Shown: positions 1 to 12,406, numbered from the stretch's first letter. The stretch is DNA of 64,000 bases from Nitrospirales bacterium (GCA_965203295.1 CBDBCZ010000017.1:1600001-1664000); one strand, 5' to 3'. Notes: generated by a model from the sequence alone, not told the origin. Program-made: numbers and translations.

Positions 1-601
1 AGTGGTATAGAGGCCTTGGTATGAGGCTAGAACTTGATCCCCTGGCCCGCGAGACTAGCCTGTGGTCAGCGCAGCCATCATGGGTTATATAAGTAGCATG
101 AGCGCTAGCTTCAAAGTTATGATCTACTTTACACTGCTACACGTAGTTTCTTATGTACACTTCACTGAGGACTGAGGACTTCAGACCAGCAAGCCAGCTA
201 TATAGCATACGTAGCTTGTAGTTTCCCGGGGAAAAAATTACACGCGCAGAAGGTCAAAGGTCGATACCCAATTTGCGCACGCGCAGATGTGCAAATCAGA
301 ATTGTGCTCCAGAGACTAAGTCGAAAGTACGCCCAAAAAAAAAATTCGCCCGGACCGGACACAGCGCTACCGTAAATAACATCCACTCCTATTATACGCG
401 CCTTGCATAAACAAATACACGGTCGAAAAAGTCATAATCATATAGACAGAGTTTGGCTCACGATTCATTTTGCCATGGTTCGCCTTGCTCGTGACAACGC
501 ACGCAGGAGACTACAGCGGGCGTGACTCTGTCTAGAGTAGCCTGGTTGCTTGTGTTGTGAGCCTGCTACCAGGACGCTAGTTCATTAATCATTCACAGCT
601 G

Positions 602-1201
602 TTGCTCGTGGCAAGGCAGTTTTTCTGTGGAACGGTTGCTTGTGCTCTGAGCCTTATTGTAGTGGTTCCAGAGCCTCCCCTGTGGCACTCTAGTACATCA
701 TTGACCATTGTTTGCCTTGCTCGTGGCAGTGTAGGAGACTGCCACGAGCAAGGCAGTTATTCTGTAGAACAGTTGCTTGTGCTCTGAGCCTTATTGTAGT
801 GGTTCCAGAGCCTCCCCTGTGGCACTCTAGTACATCATTGACCATTGTTTGCCTTGCTCGTGGCAGTGTAGGAGACTGCCACGAGCAAGGCAGTTATTCT
901 GTAGAACAGTTGCTTGTGCTCTGAGCCTTATTGTAGTGGTTCCAGAGCCTCCCCTGTGACACTCTAGTACGTCATTGACCATTGTTTGCCTTGCTCGTGG
1001 CAGTGTAGGAGACTGCCACGAGCAAGGCAGTTTTTCTGTGGAACGGTTGCTTGTGCTCTGAGCCTTATTGTAGTGGTTCCAGAGCCTCCCCTGTGACACT
1101 CTAGTACATCATTGACCATTGTTTGCCTTGCTCGTGGCAGTGTAGGAGACTGCCACGAGCAAGGCATTTTTATTGTAGAACGGTTGCTTGTGCTCTGAGC
1201 C
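602..1201 (+). repeat. 137-bp tandem repeat, ~4.3 copies, each with an 18-bp-stem hairpin
   Basis: ttgcttgtgctctgagcc at 636, 773, 910, 1047, 1184 (period 137); hairpin tgccttgctcgtggcagt-gtaggag-actgccacgagcaaggca. Confidence 0.95.
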
Positions 1202-1664
1202 AAGTATCTGCTGGAGTGGCTCTTTCCTTCCAAGTTTTCCCCAAACTCACTCTGCCCAGGATGCGCTGCTGCAACACGTAACAACCACCCCTACAGCAAA
1301 TACATCGCTTTTGTTCATGCTTCATTAATATTTGCTTTTTCTAACAATTATTATTATTGTGTACATGTATATGTGTCAACAAACCTCTGCCTCTTTCAGA
1401 GCAGAATGTATCACATTTCTTGCTATCTCTAGACATCCATCTCTGTAAGAGGCAATGCATACAATCATGATTGTTGTGAGTACATGTATGCGTCTTGCAA
1501 TAATATTGCATGCTCACCTCATCGGAGGTCCATGTAGAGCAAACCTCTAATGGTTCGTATATAAAGTTGTTCATTTGTTACATACACTGTTAAAAAAGGG
1601 GTGTTAACCAAACACCTTTAGGGGCGCTATAGTCGCCGTGAACACCGAGCTCCCCATGGGTTCT

Positions 1665-1805
1665 ATGTTACACCCTAAACGGTGGTATGTTACACCTTAA
1701 ACGGTGGTATGTTACACCCTTAACGGTGGTATGTTACACCCTTAACGGTGGTATGTTACACCCTAAACGGTGGTATGTTACACCTTAAATGGTGGTATAT
1801 CACCC
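1665..1805 (+). repeat. 22-bp subterminal minisatellite (ggtggtatgttacaccctaaac), ~6 copies
   Basis: Directly visible tandem copies just inside the left TIR. Confidence 0.95.
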
Positions 1806-3068
1806 TCATGCAGTGTTAAACATACACCCCCAGAGTTCAGGTGTATTTCTGCACTCCCATAATAATAAAACACTCACAAGTAGCCATTGTGGAATAAACT
1901 CCATAAAAATTTAATTGGTGACGACAAAATTGTACAATACAGCATAATATCAATGTTCAGGTTATTGAAATACAAAAAACACTACATGTAGTAGTTCGTG
2001 ACTTCATGCATTCTTTACTTGCGCTTGTAAGATTGAAGTTCCTTCTGCCACAATGAAACGGCATGGCTTGTGAGAGTTCCTTCAGCCACCAGCAGTGCAT
2101 GGTTGTGGCTGCTGTAACTCAGCAGCATCTACTTAGAGATCACAAATTTCCTGCATAGAACAATGTAGAATGTATGCACATAACAGCATGCAGACTTAGT
2201 GCTATGCATGCATGGACAAAATGATCAATAGTGGAAGTACTTACCCGGCATAAAGTCAACCACATTCTTGAACGTGGTCACACAGCATAGAGTGCCAAGT
2301 ACTGCAAGGGTGAGAGTAAGTGAACATTCAATAACTCCTGTTCAGTACAATCGGGTGAAGCTTACCCCACCCCCAACTAGGTGAAATAAAGTCTTCTCAA
2401 AACCATAGCTATAGTCTATGTGTGAAACCAGTCCTACACGTACCTCTACAGTATACAGGATTAGTGTAGTTTAATCCTCCCCAGAGATGCTATTGTAAGC
2501 TAGCTAGACTATGTATCACCCACACAGTTAGGGGAGAGAGGCCACAGCTCTTCCTTTTCAGTTCTTCCATCATGGTATAGTTTCTGCAAACAGCTTTCTT
2601 TGCTGACCTGTATGGAACAAATGTTTCATAGTACTTTGCTTTGCAGTTACATGTACTGTACATAAATAAGTGTTATAGCTAACTCAGTTTCACTTACTTT
2701 TAGTAGGTCATCTTGGTTGGTGATGGCTCAAACACTTGTGGGAAAGCTCTTGAAACAATTCCAGCAGGACTTGTCAATGCTAAGCAATAGTAACTATAAC
2801 TTAACTGTAGCTAGCAATGAGTGGTAGCAGTAACTGTGACAATTTTTGAAAAATTCACACCAGACTACATTCCAACTACAGGTGACAATAGCACGTATGC
2901 ATTCTCTTTTCAAAGGGTCAACATTACATCATACAATACTGTACTTTGCCATCTCTTACTGCAAGTTTCCCAGGCAGGACCTTAAGAAATTTCCAGTAGG
3001 GATGCATTACTCGCCTTCGACTTAGCTGTTGTACTTATAATAGTTGTGAGAGTTGGTGAACACAGCCA

Positions 3069-4732
3069 GTAGTTGTAATTATGATTAGTGAGTAAGTCTT
3101 ATGTCGGTATTCCAGTGCTTGAAAGCCACACCTACTAACACCTTCAATCCCCAAAACACACCTGCATGTCTCCTAAATATTAGGATAGGGTTGAAAACAT
3201 AAGTGAAGGGGGTTTCCTTGTGAACCTAGTGGTCTAAAGGGCCTAGATTGTTTTCCTTGAATAACAAGGACAAATGGATAAAACTAGTATTCGCTCGCTC
3301 GTCAACATGAGTTATTCAGGGGAAATAATGATCAGTGCTATTTTCTGACTATTGGTCCTAGTTAGAATCACACTGGTATGGTTTTCCATGCATATCTCAC
3401 ATTTTAGCTGCACAAGGCTAGTAGTTGTAATTATGATTAGTGAGTAAGACTTATGTTGGTATTCCAATGCTTGAAAGCCACACCTACTAACACCTTCAAT
3501 CCCCAAAATACACCGGCATGTCTCCTAACTATTGGGCTGGGGTTGAAAACATAAGTGAAGGAGTCTCCTTGTGGTCTAAAGGGCCTAGATTGTTTTCCTT
3601 GAATTATAAGGACAAATGGATGACACCAGTATTTGTTCACTCGTCAACATGAGTTCTTCAGGGGAAATAATGATCAGTGCTATTTTCTGACTATTGGATC
3701 TAGTTGTAATCATACTGGTATGGTTTGCCTTGAATATCTCACATTTCAGTTCCACAAGACCAGAGTTGTGACTATGATTAATTATTTCAGTGTGCAAGAC
3801 TTAGGTCAGTATTATGTTAGTGCTATTTCCTTCACAGTTACAATCAGGTAGAAGTGAGCTATGCTCCTAGAGCACTGAACAAGGACATTCTGAAGGAAAA
3901 GCCAACTAATATGCTTCAAACCATGCCCAACAGCAAGAAAACAAGTTCGGTTAGGAGATTGAAGGTGTCAGTAGGTGTGGCTTTCAAGCTTTCTAATAGA
4001 ACCTAAGTCTCGCTTAGTAAAGCACCTAATTGGGTAGAATTTCTGACCTTATGGAGCTATAATGTGAGATGTTGAGGGCAAACCTAGCCAGTATGCTTCA
4101 GACCATGCCCAATAGTCAGGAAATTGCTTTAGTGTTCATTTTCCTTGAGTATCTAGTGTTGACGAGAGCGCAAGTTTTGTTTCTCCCCCTGTCCTTATTA
4201 TTCAAGGTAGAAGTGAGCTATGCTCCTAGAGCACTGAACAAGGACATTCTGAAGGCAAAGCCAACTAATATGCTTCATACCATGCCCAACAGCAAGAAAA
4301 CAAGTTTGGTTAGGAGATTGAAGGTGTCAGTAGGTGTGGCTTTCTAATAGAACCTAAGTCTTGCTCAGTAAAGCACCTAATTGGGTAGAATTTCTGACCT
4401 TATGGAGCTATAATGTGAGATGTTGAGGGTAAACCTACCCGGTATGCTTCAGACCATGCCCAATAGTCAGAAAATAGCTTTGGTTTCCATTTTCCTTGAG
4501 TTGATGAGAACACAAGTTTTGTTTTCTGCTTTTATCCTTGTTATTCGAGGTAGAAGTGAGCTATGCCCTTAGAGTACTGAACCAAGACATTCTGAAGGCA
4601 AAGCCAACTTATATGCTTCAGACCATGCCCAACAGCAAGGAAAGAGGTTTGGTGTGGCAATTGAAGGTGTTAGTAGGTGTGGCTTTCAAGCTTTCTAATG
4701 GAGCCTAAGCCCTGCTTAGTAAAGCACCTAAT
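3069..4732. repeat. ~350-bp repeat family: ~2 copies forward (3069-3790), then ~2.5 copies of a related unit inverted (3845-4732)
   Basis: gcttgaaagccacacctactaacaccttcaatc at ~3117 and ~3469; its reverse complement at ~3957, ~4316 and ~4660. Confidence 0.85.
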
Positions 4733-6022
4733 GGTAGCTACTTATTCATGACATACACCTAATGGTGATTTCATCTTTTCAAATACGACACATACAGGCA
4801 TGTCATTCATTCTAGAACTGCTTCATAGTGCCAATGGATTTACATTAAATTTCCCCCCCTTTGGTTGGAGTGCTTCATTACACCTTAAAGGTGTTGATGG
4901 TTTAGTAGGGCGTTTTGCCAACACCCAGGGGTGTCAAATGTACACCGTTTGTTGTCAGGGTGTTTCACTACACTGCGTAAGGGGTGTTCCACAACACCCC
5001 ATTTTTAACAGTGTATCTAAACAAGGATTCCTTCTGTGGGACAGAGCACTCCAAGAAGGAAGGTACCAGGATCTGGATATCTCCTAGCCATGCAGTAAAG
5101 GGCACGCTGAATAAATGTAGATTCATGTACAAGCACAGCAAAGAAGATTCTGGCCGAAGTCTAGCTTACCATATTTCATCATCTTCTGTACTAGAGGTTT
5201 CGGTGGATGCATCAGATGCATCCTCTGAGTCTGAAATGAAATATTACTCAAAGTTATAGTAGATCAAGGCCTATGAGGTAAAGTTTACCTACCAGTTGGT
5301 TTTTTTTTGTAATGTTTCTATCCAAAAAAAGCAACTACATGACCCTGTTATTGTTCAAAATCAATGTGGTGTTAATGTGTTATTAGAGACATACCTTTGG
5401 AGTACAGAGTTTTATGTTTAACCTCTCCTCGAACTCCTTCTTGAGTGACCCACATGCTTCGTTAATCTGTACAGCTTCCAGTTGGAGTGGACTGTAAGTG
5501 ATTATTATGTGTATGTAGTAGCCACTTTCTCAATACCAAGGGTGTTGTCTGAAGCAGACAAACTTGTTATGCATGCATGCATGATGATATACCATTTAAA
5601 TAAAAAAAGTGTACTGTCTTTCATCCCTCACTTCACAGGAAGCAAACTGTAAGATTACAAAAATAATGTGCACATCAACAATTTGTTAGCCTCCTATATT
5701 CATGCACTACATTCAGCTGTAATTGGCAATTAATTTGACCACAGATGCAATGTGGGTGGTTTCCCAACTAGAAGTACATGTAGCAATTCCAGATCTGGTC
5801 GGAGTCTGGAAAAGATGGTACAACACCACTTAGCTGCTGACTGCCAGCATTCTGGATGGCTCTGTATATGAGCCTATTATGTTCCAAAATGTGAACAGCC
5901 AACACAGCTCAGTGGTGCAGTGTGTCACTCCATGATAAACTTCATCTTGTCCTACAGGAAACAGTAGTGATATTACGCAGTATAAACACAGAAAGGCAAA
6001 CCGTACTAAATTATACTAGTGT

Positions 6023-6322
6023 CTGCCTTGCTCGTGGCAGTCTCCTACACTGCCACGAGCAAGGCAAACAATGGTCAATGATGTACTAGAGTGCCACAGG
6101 GGAGGCTCTGGAACCACTACAATAAGGCTCAGAGCACAAGCAACCGTTCCACAGAAAAACTGCCTTGCTCGTGGCAGTCTCCTACACTGCCACGAGCAAG
6201 GCAAACAATGGTCAATGATGTACTAGAGTGCCACAGGGGAGGCTCTGGAACCACTACAATAAGGCTCAGAGCACAAGCAACCGTTCCACAGAAAAACTGC
6301 CTTGCTCGTGGCAGTCTCCTAC
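6023..6322 (-). repeat. Same 137-bp unit, ~2.2 copies, reverse orientation
   Basis: Reverse complement of the 602-1201 unit; ORF-track peptides are mirror copies. Confidence 0.95.
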
Positions 6323-6732
6323 CGTGACTGCCATAAGCAACAGCTGTGAATGATTAATGAACTAGCGTCCTGGTAGCAGGCTCACAACAGAAGCAACCAG
6401 GCTACTCTAGACAGAGTCACGTCCGCTGTAGTCTCCTGCGTGCGTTGTCACGAGCAAGGCGAACCATGGCAAAATGAATCGTGAGCCAAACTCTGTCTAC
6501 ATGATTACGACTTTTTCGATCGTGTATTTGTTTATGCAAGGCGCGTATAATAGGAGTGTATGTTATTTACAGTAGCGCTGTGTCCGGTCCGGTAAACGCT
6601 AGTGCCTTGCTGGTGGCGTGCCTTGTACGTGGCGATGCACACACTTAAGTGTGCATTAAGCGATTTAACGTGCGGTCATGTGATCGAGTTTGAGACTTCT
6701 GATTCGTCGAAGGTCACGTGAGTAGCACTAAC

Positions 6733-6752
6733 CATAGATAATAGTATCTATG
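6733..6752. mobile_element. 20-bp CATAGATA...TATCTATG mini-element, P-element-like
   Basis: Palindromic ends; 7-bp flanking repeat cactaac/ctctaac; same termini at 58429. Confidence 0.5.
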
Positions 6753-7470
6753 CTCTAACCTTCCCGTCTAGAGTCTGGCCCCGCGAGACTACAGTGCTGG
6801 CTGATGAAACAATGTCTCTCAGACGACCCACACTCACCAAACAACACTCCACCTTCTCTGTAATAGACTCAATCACATTTTTAGAATTAGTATGTTCTTT
6901 CCTTTCTGCTTCTTCAAAAACGCTGTGAACCAACTGGAAAAAACCGCTCCAGCCGTTGACGGGCATTTCTTTTAGTCACGTGATGCAGGCGTCTTTATCA
7001 CGTGATGTCATGTAACTGCGTTGCACGTGCGCGATAATTCTGAAACAAATCGCGCGCCATAGAGATCCACATACCAACGACTATATATATATATAGCGCT
7101 AATTTGCGGGCTGTGACGAATTAGTCTCGTGCCGTATTAATTTGCGGTCTGTGACGAATTAGTCTCGTGTCGTATTAAACTACGCATAGCGGAAGTGTAT
7201 CGAAACGTTACCGTCCTACTTTTAGCCCTGATCACGTCCATCTTACGCTGACTTACCACATAGGAGAACGCGGATTCGAAGGTGAGGGAACTGCTATCTT
7301 AATTGTGTGTACCACTGAGCTGCTTGTAATTGAGTCATCTGATTTGACACAAATAACTATGTGACAACTTTCATTCTTAATGTTACAGTAGGGATCTAGC
7401 TACATTCAAAACATGTAGCTAGCTATATAGCTACATGTACCTGACAATTGATCATCGATTGCCATAGACA

Positions 7471-8424
7471 ACTTTGCCAAAAAGTGCAAAAACAAGTCAT
7501 GTAGGGATGGACTTCCACCAAAAAACACTTCCCCAAAAACCAATGAAACAAGCGACAATGCACGTGCATCGCAATGCATGCACAGACTACCCACACATCA
7601 CAGCGCAATGCATTTATTGCGTAGCTACCATCCCTACATCTTTCCAACCACACCCACCACAATCGTGTATATGTGAGAGGTGAATAGTGGTAGTGTAATT
7701 TAAAAATTTAAAATTGGTGTGTGTGTGTGTATCGCTAATGACTGAGTGTGTTGGAGGTTGTGGAAGGTAGCTGAAAGTATTCATGGTTTACATATTGGAC
7801 TAGTGAGTCATTGAGGGTGGAGTCATGTTTGTATAGGGACTTTGGTTGTGTTTGGTTGTTGAGTGTGATGAAGTTTGTGAGTGTGTGTGTGCAGGTTCTT
7901 CGTAGGGGAAGTCTATGTGGGTGTGTTTGGTTAACTGTAGATTGAGTGTTGTCAACTTTGTTGAGTATGGTGGTTGATGTGAGGGATTACTCTGCTTGGT
8001 TTGTGCTTGTGAATGTGGGATTTATGGAGCAAAGTGCATTTTGATGGAGTAGCTAACATTCCTGTGAAGGTTTAGGGTTGTAGTGTGGGGTGCTGTGTTT
8101 GGTGAAGTAGCTATGTAATGGTTGTGGATAAGGATGTAAGGGTGGTATATGATGGTGATGATTGTAGATGGTGGTGTGTGTTGAAGAAAGTATTGGGTGT
8201 GCAGTTGAGTATGGGGGTGCATGTGGTGCGGATAGTGGTGGGTGTGGTTGGAAAGATGTAGGGATGGTAGCTACGCAATAAATGCATTGCGCTGTGATGT
8301 GTGGGTAGTCTGTGCATGCAATGCGATGCACGTGCATTGTCGCTTGTTTCATTGGTTTTTGGGGAAGTGTTTTTTGGTGGAAGTCCATCCCTACATGACT
8401 TGTTTTTGCACTTTTTGGCAAAGT
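7471..8424. repeat. 190-bp near-perfect inverted repeat (7471-7660 / 8235-8424) around a GT-rich spacer
   Basis: actttgccaaaaagtgc...cacccaccac is the reverse complement of gtggtgggtg...ttttggcaaagt. Confidence 0.95.
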
Positions 8425-8685
8425 GCTTTTTCTGTAACTTGTTTTGGGGAGTTTTTTGGGAGATGGTAACAAATGCGTAGGTGTAAATGTGTGTGGTGGA
8501 ATGGAACGTGTTTTAGGATGTTGTGCATACCGTATAGCCGGAAAATTTGGCGGGGAATTTAATTTGGCGGTTTGGCGGATTTGCGAGCAAACCGCCAAAT
8601 TAAAATCCGCCAATATTTTTGCTTGATGTCATTGAGATCTTCGGTAGGCGGAGTTTGGAGGTCTAAAGTGCGAAGAGACTCAGAT

Positions 8686-8787
8686 ATGGCGCTGTTTAAG
8701 TACTTCAGCAGAGTCCCGACGCTCCCTGCGAAAGTCCCCTCTCTTTCTGAGAAAGAGCTCGAAAGAACTAACGCAGACGTGAAGCAA
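8686..8787 (+). pseudogene. N-terminal fragment resembling a pogo-like transposase start
   Basis: MALFKYFSRVPTLPAKVPSLSEKELERTNADVKQ; resembles the low-complexity leader preceding the HTH in such transposases (recognition only). Confidence 0.4.
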
Positions 8788-8961
8788 AATCTTCCTGGGA
8801 ACGTGGCCGACGATGGTATCCCCTCGCATGACTGCCACAGCGTACCGGTCCTTGTCGTTACCAGTTTCTCGCTTGCATGGCAATTCTTCCCCCACGCTCG
8901 GCGTCCATGTATCCTTGTAGACGTGAAGTCCTCGAACACAGCTTTCGACTGTCAGTTCCAT
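8788..8961 (-). pseudogene. HIRAN-domain fragment
   Basis: MELTVESCVRGLHVYKDTWTPSVGEELPCKRETGNDKDRYAVAVMRGDTIVGHVPRKI fits the HIRAN pattern (vRG.h.Y, RE..N..D..Av.V, vGhvPr). Confidence 0.75.
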
Positions 8962-10851
8962 TGCAGCGCAAAATAATCGACACCTCGATTGACAATGAAC
9001 GTACGGCTGCAGGAAAATGGGCGGGGCGTTTCGGCATGACGTCATTTCTCGCAAAACTAAAAACCGCTAAATTAAAATCCGCCAACTTGAATCGGAGACC
9101 AATCCGCCAAATTTAATTCCCGCCAAATTTTCCGGCTATACGGTAGTATAGGTTTCGATTTGTACTCCAGTCAGCATCAGGAAGACCTTCGCCTGCATGC
9201 ACATGGGGGGGGAGGGGGGGGGGAGGAAGGTCTCTTGTCAAGTTCAGCTATGTAACTGGCACGTGAGGCTGCCTTTTTCTTGTCAGGGCCAGCACCATAG
9301 CTAGTGCGGGAAGTTGCTCTAGCAACTGCTTTTATACTTTGTCGGTTTTGAATGTACATCGTTTATTCTAGGCCCTTTTCTTCCTCAAATCATTAGGCAT
9401 ACTGCATGCAAACTACCTTGTAATTCCATAAAGACTAGCAATTACATGAATAAATGCATGACCTTGCTTTCATGCACTTTACACTTTCACTCAGTAACAG
9501 AGGACCGAACAGCACGATCAAATGTAGGCTTTAAATAGACCAACACGTGCTGGCAGGCAGTCTGTGCATGCATATCTTGCCATAAAATGGCCTATGAGTG
9601 GCAAGTGTCCACTCAAGATTGCTCCTTAACACTGCTAACTTAATTCGAGTTCTTTGAAAATGCTATGACCGAAAGGCACTACCTGAGGGTCAATCATGCC
9701 CGTTCGTGTTGGAATCTTTTTAATCGCTTCAACCATTATTGTGCTAGTCTAAAATGAAGATAGACCATTCGGCGGTTTTAACCACTTGCTGCTTTAGTGC
9801 TTCAGAGATGTTCTTTAGCAGTGCTAACAGCCTGGTTAGTGACTGATGTTGAACTGCAAATTATCACCAAGACAAAGATATCTATTGCAGTTTCTAGTGT
9901 CACAAAGACGAATAGCTGCCTGCCCCCCTCCAGTAGAGTAAGTGAGAGGGTGTCCGGATGGTAGGGGTTGTCTGGACATGATAAACCTCACTTACAAGGC
10001 TTTTCTGCCTGTTCTTGTATAGCAAGTGAACAACAGTAGCTCACGAAACATAACAAAGGCAGACAGGAAGGCCCAGAGAACGAGGTAAATTTGCTGTATC
10101 CTTGTGTATGTCCAGAAAACTCCACCCTTTGGACACCCCCTTACCTCAGTAGCTAGCTAGATGATAGATAATGGCTACTTACCCTACTACTCATCCCATT
10201 CTTAAACAGTACCGCTAGCCAGAAGCCGTCAACCAAAATAATAATAGTCAGCCACATGAGTAAGTATATTATAGCGAAAAGTTCGGGTGACTTACAAAGT
10301 GAAGAACCAGGAGATGTAGCTCAGGCCCGACAGGTGGCATATCAAAGGTAGGCGTTAAATAGACGAACACGTGAAGTCTGCGGTTTCTAAAAGCCGGAAC
10401 GGTACAGAACAGTAAAATTAAATGGCGTAAAACGGCAAGCGTCCACTCGAGAGTACTCGTGAATCACTGCTAAAACTCTTCGATTTCTATGGAAAAGCTA
10501 TGCTGCGAGTGCAATACCCCAGAGAATATCCAGCTTGTTCGCGCTTGAATCATTGTGATTGCTTCAGCCGTTATTGAGCTAGCCTGCCTGAAGAAAGAAG
10601 AATCAGAATCAGAATCAGAAAGAAGTGTACGATTACGCCTCGCCCCCCGAGTGTGTCGACTTGCCGGTTTGGTACTCCAGCGAAGCTTTCTAGCAACGCT
10701 AACAGTCTTGTTGCTGATGAAAACACTCGAGATGCCATGGTATGGCTCATAAAACTCTGTGACTATAATCAGAGCCGAGTTCTGAACGTATGATTTTGTA
10801 CGCGCTATATAGGGCCGCCATTTTTTTCCCATGCCATCCCTACATATGGAG

Positions 10852-11553
10852 TAGTCACAAATTTTGCCACTACCTCTTGTTATCGCTCTTTTAGCTCGTT
10901 CCCTAACTTCCAGCCCACTTTGATCCTCAGCGCCGATCGCTTTCAGTATCGGCACGAGGATAAGTGGTCTGGAGACTTAGGATCAATTCACGTGAACCTC
11001 TGGAACGCAATTACTGAATGAGTCACGAGTACAGTACGCGTAGGCCACACCCATTGCCGGCTTCAATGGCTCACGGACGACGAAGACTCTATGGACTGAG
11101 CTTGGATTGGGGCGACTCGTCTCAGCTTATCAAAAGTCCAATTAAGGAAGCACCGAATAGCAGAGGCTCTTCCCACTTCAGTGGGTAGCAAAACGAAAAC
11201 ATCCCGCCCTCGCACAAATTTTGCCACTACCTCTTGTTATCGCTCTTTTAGCTCGTTCCCTAACTTCCTTCCAGCCTCCATAATCGCCGCTGAAACCTCA
11301 CTCTCTGAACGTTCGGCCATAGCTAAGCTGCTTAAGAGACTGTACGCCGATGTCACGAGAAAAGAATGCTATAATGATCGCTCTCACGTACCCAAATTAC
11401 TCTATTTACACGATCTGCAATTTCATTGGCTCTAGTGAAATTTCAGTAGAGATTTACGTGAAGTAATCCTAAGTCTCCAGACCACTTTTCCGCGTGCCGC
11501 ATACTAATTGCGATCGGCGCTGCGGAAATTAAGTGGGCTGGTTCACGAGACTA
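10852..11553. mobile_element. Academ(H)-like MITE
   Basis: TAG...CTA termini, 9-bp TSD catatggag, imperfect long TIR. Confidence 0.75.
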
Positions 11554-12323
11554 CATATGGAGTACTACCGTACTCCATGATATTCCTACTCTAGGCCTAC
11601 TAGCTATGGTATTGTTCACTGTGCAATAGATGCTTCTTTATTTTACCCTGCGGCGCATAGCTGGGTGGCGATGGGGTAAGGTGATTGGTTATATCCGTCT
11701 TTCGTCTGTTGTCTGTGGTGCAGTATGGTACTGTAAATTCATGCTACTGTGTATATACACAGTAAACACAAAAGGATCTCTTGAGTGACAAGTTGATAGC
11801 TAGAGTGGCTATGCAAGCGTGGCAGTGCGTACCACTTTAACTTGTATGTGTTGTAGAGAAGTATGAGGATAGAACTCTGCAGAAGTGAAGAGAAGAGCTC
11901 TCAATTTTTCGATTTGATATCAGATTCAAGTAGGAGCAATACCAAAGATAATAATTATCATCACCACTTACTAGCCTGGCTTGTCATCTGATCCTTCGTG
12001 CTACCTGAAGTGCCAGTGCAGTTACTGTTGCTATAATCTAAGTTAGTTACATATCTCCTCTAATGGGAGCTACGTGATTTGGAAACCCTCAGGCCCTTAG
12101 TAGCATCTTCGCTTCACTCGGGAACATGGGACCCCCCTTACTTTACAAGGAATATGGGAACAGGGGCCCCACATATGGGGGCCGCGCCCTTTTCTATCAT
12201 AAGCATAACAAAGGCATGCAGTGATTATTTTTAATACCTTAGACACTATTACACACACAAGACTTTAGGATCGGTAGTACAGTACTGCAATGCTGTAGAC
12301 TCCACCACAGTACTAGTCAGTGC

Positions 12324-12406
12324 TAGCCTCGTACCCAGGCCTTCCCTCACAGCTTTTTTCGCAGCCCAGGCCTTCCCTCACAGCTTTTTTCGCAGCTACA
12401 AGGCTA
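12324..12406. mobile_element. Academ(H)-like mini-MITE
   Basis: tagcct...aggcta, 9-bp TSD agtcagtgc, internal ~30-bp duplication. Confidence 0.75.

Larger units (their letters stand above)
1585..5013. mobile_element. Non-autonomous CACTA/EnSpm-type (CACTG-terminated) DNA transposon
   Basis: 21-bp TIR cactgttaaaaa(a/t)ggggtgtt (1 mismatch), TA on both flanks, subterminal acacc-motif repeats; no transposase ORF. Confidence 0.8.
350..6592. mobile_element. Foldback-like structure: long inverted arms (350-~1200 and 6023-6592) with internal 137-bp tandem units
   Basis: 350-~610 (ccggaccggacacagcgct...cacagctgttgct) is the near-perfect reverse complement of ~6335-6592; the same 137-bp unit lies inward on both sides in opposite orientation; no TSD found. 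Confidence 0.75.
8530..9143. mobile_element. Internally deleted pogo/Tc1-mariner-type element
   Basis: TIR ccgtatagccggaaaatttggcggg, TA on both sides, subterminal ccgccaaat repeats; retains the starts of two convergent ORFs. Confidence 0.85.

Noticed and set aside
602..1201. CRISPR-like array (palindromic repeat at regular spacing)
   Set aside because: The intervening sequences are near-identical rather than unique spacers; eukaryotic context; no cas genes
602..1284. Overlapping short ORFs in the 137-bp array (also 6016-6327)
   Set aside because: Artefacts of a tandem repeat whose period is not a multiple of 3
6748..6966. 72-aa helical ORF, possibly the N-terminus of a transposon protein
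   Set aside because: Cut by an Academ-like end and has no motif I can firmly assign
8022..8613. His/Pro/Thr-rich ORFs up to 186 aa
   Set aside because: They arise from GT-skewed low-complexity DNA and cross a transposon boundary
10470..10955. 161-aa ORF
   Set aside because: Starts within a MITE, crosses its boundary and a microsatellite; no recognisable domain
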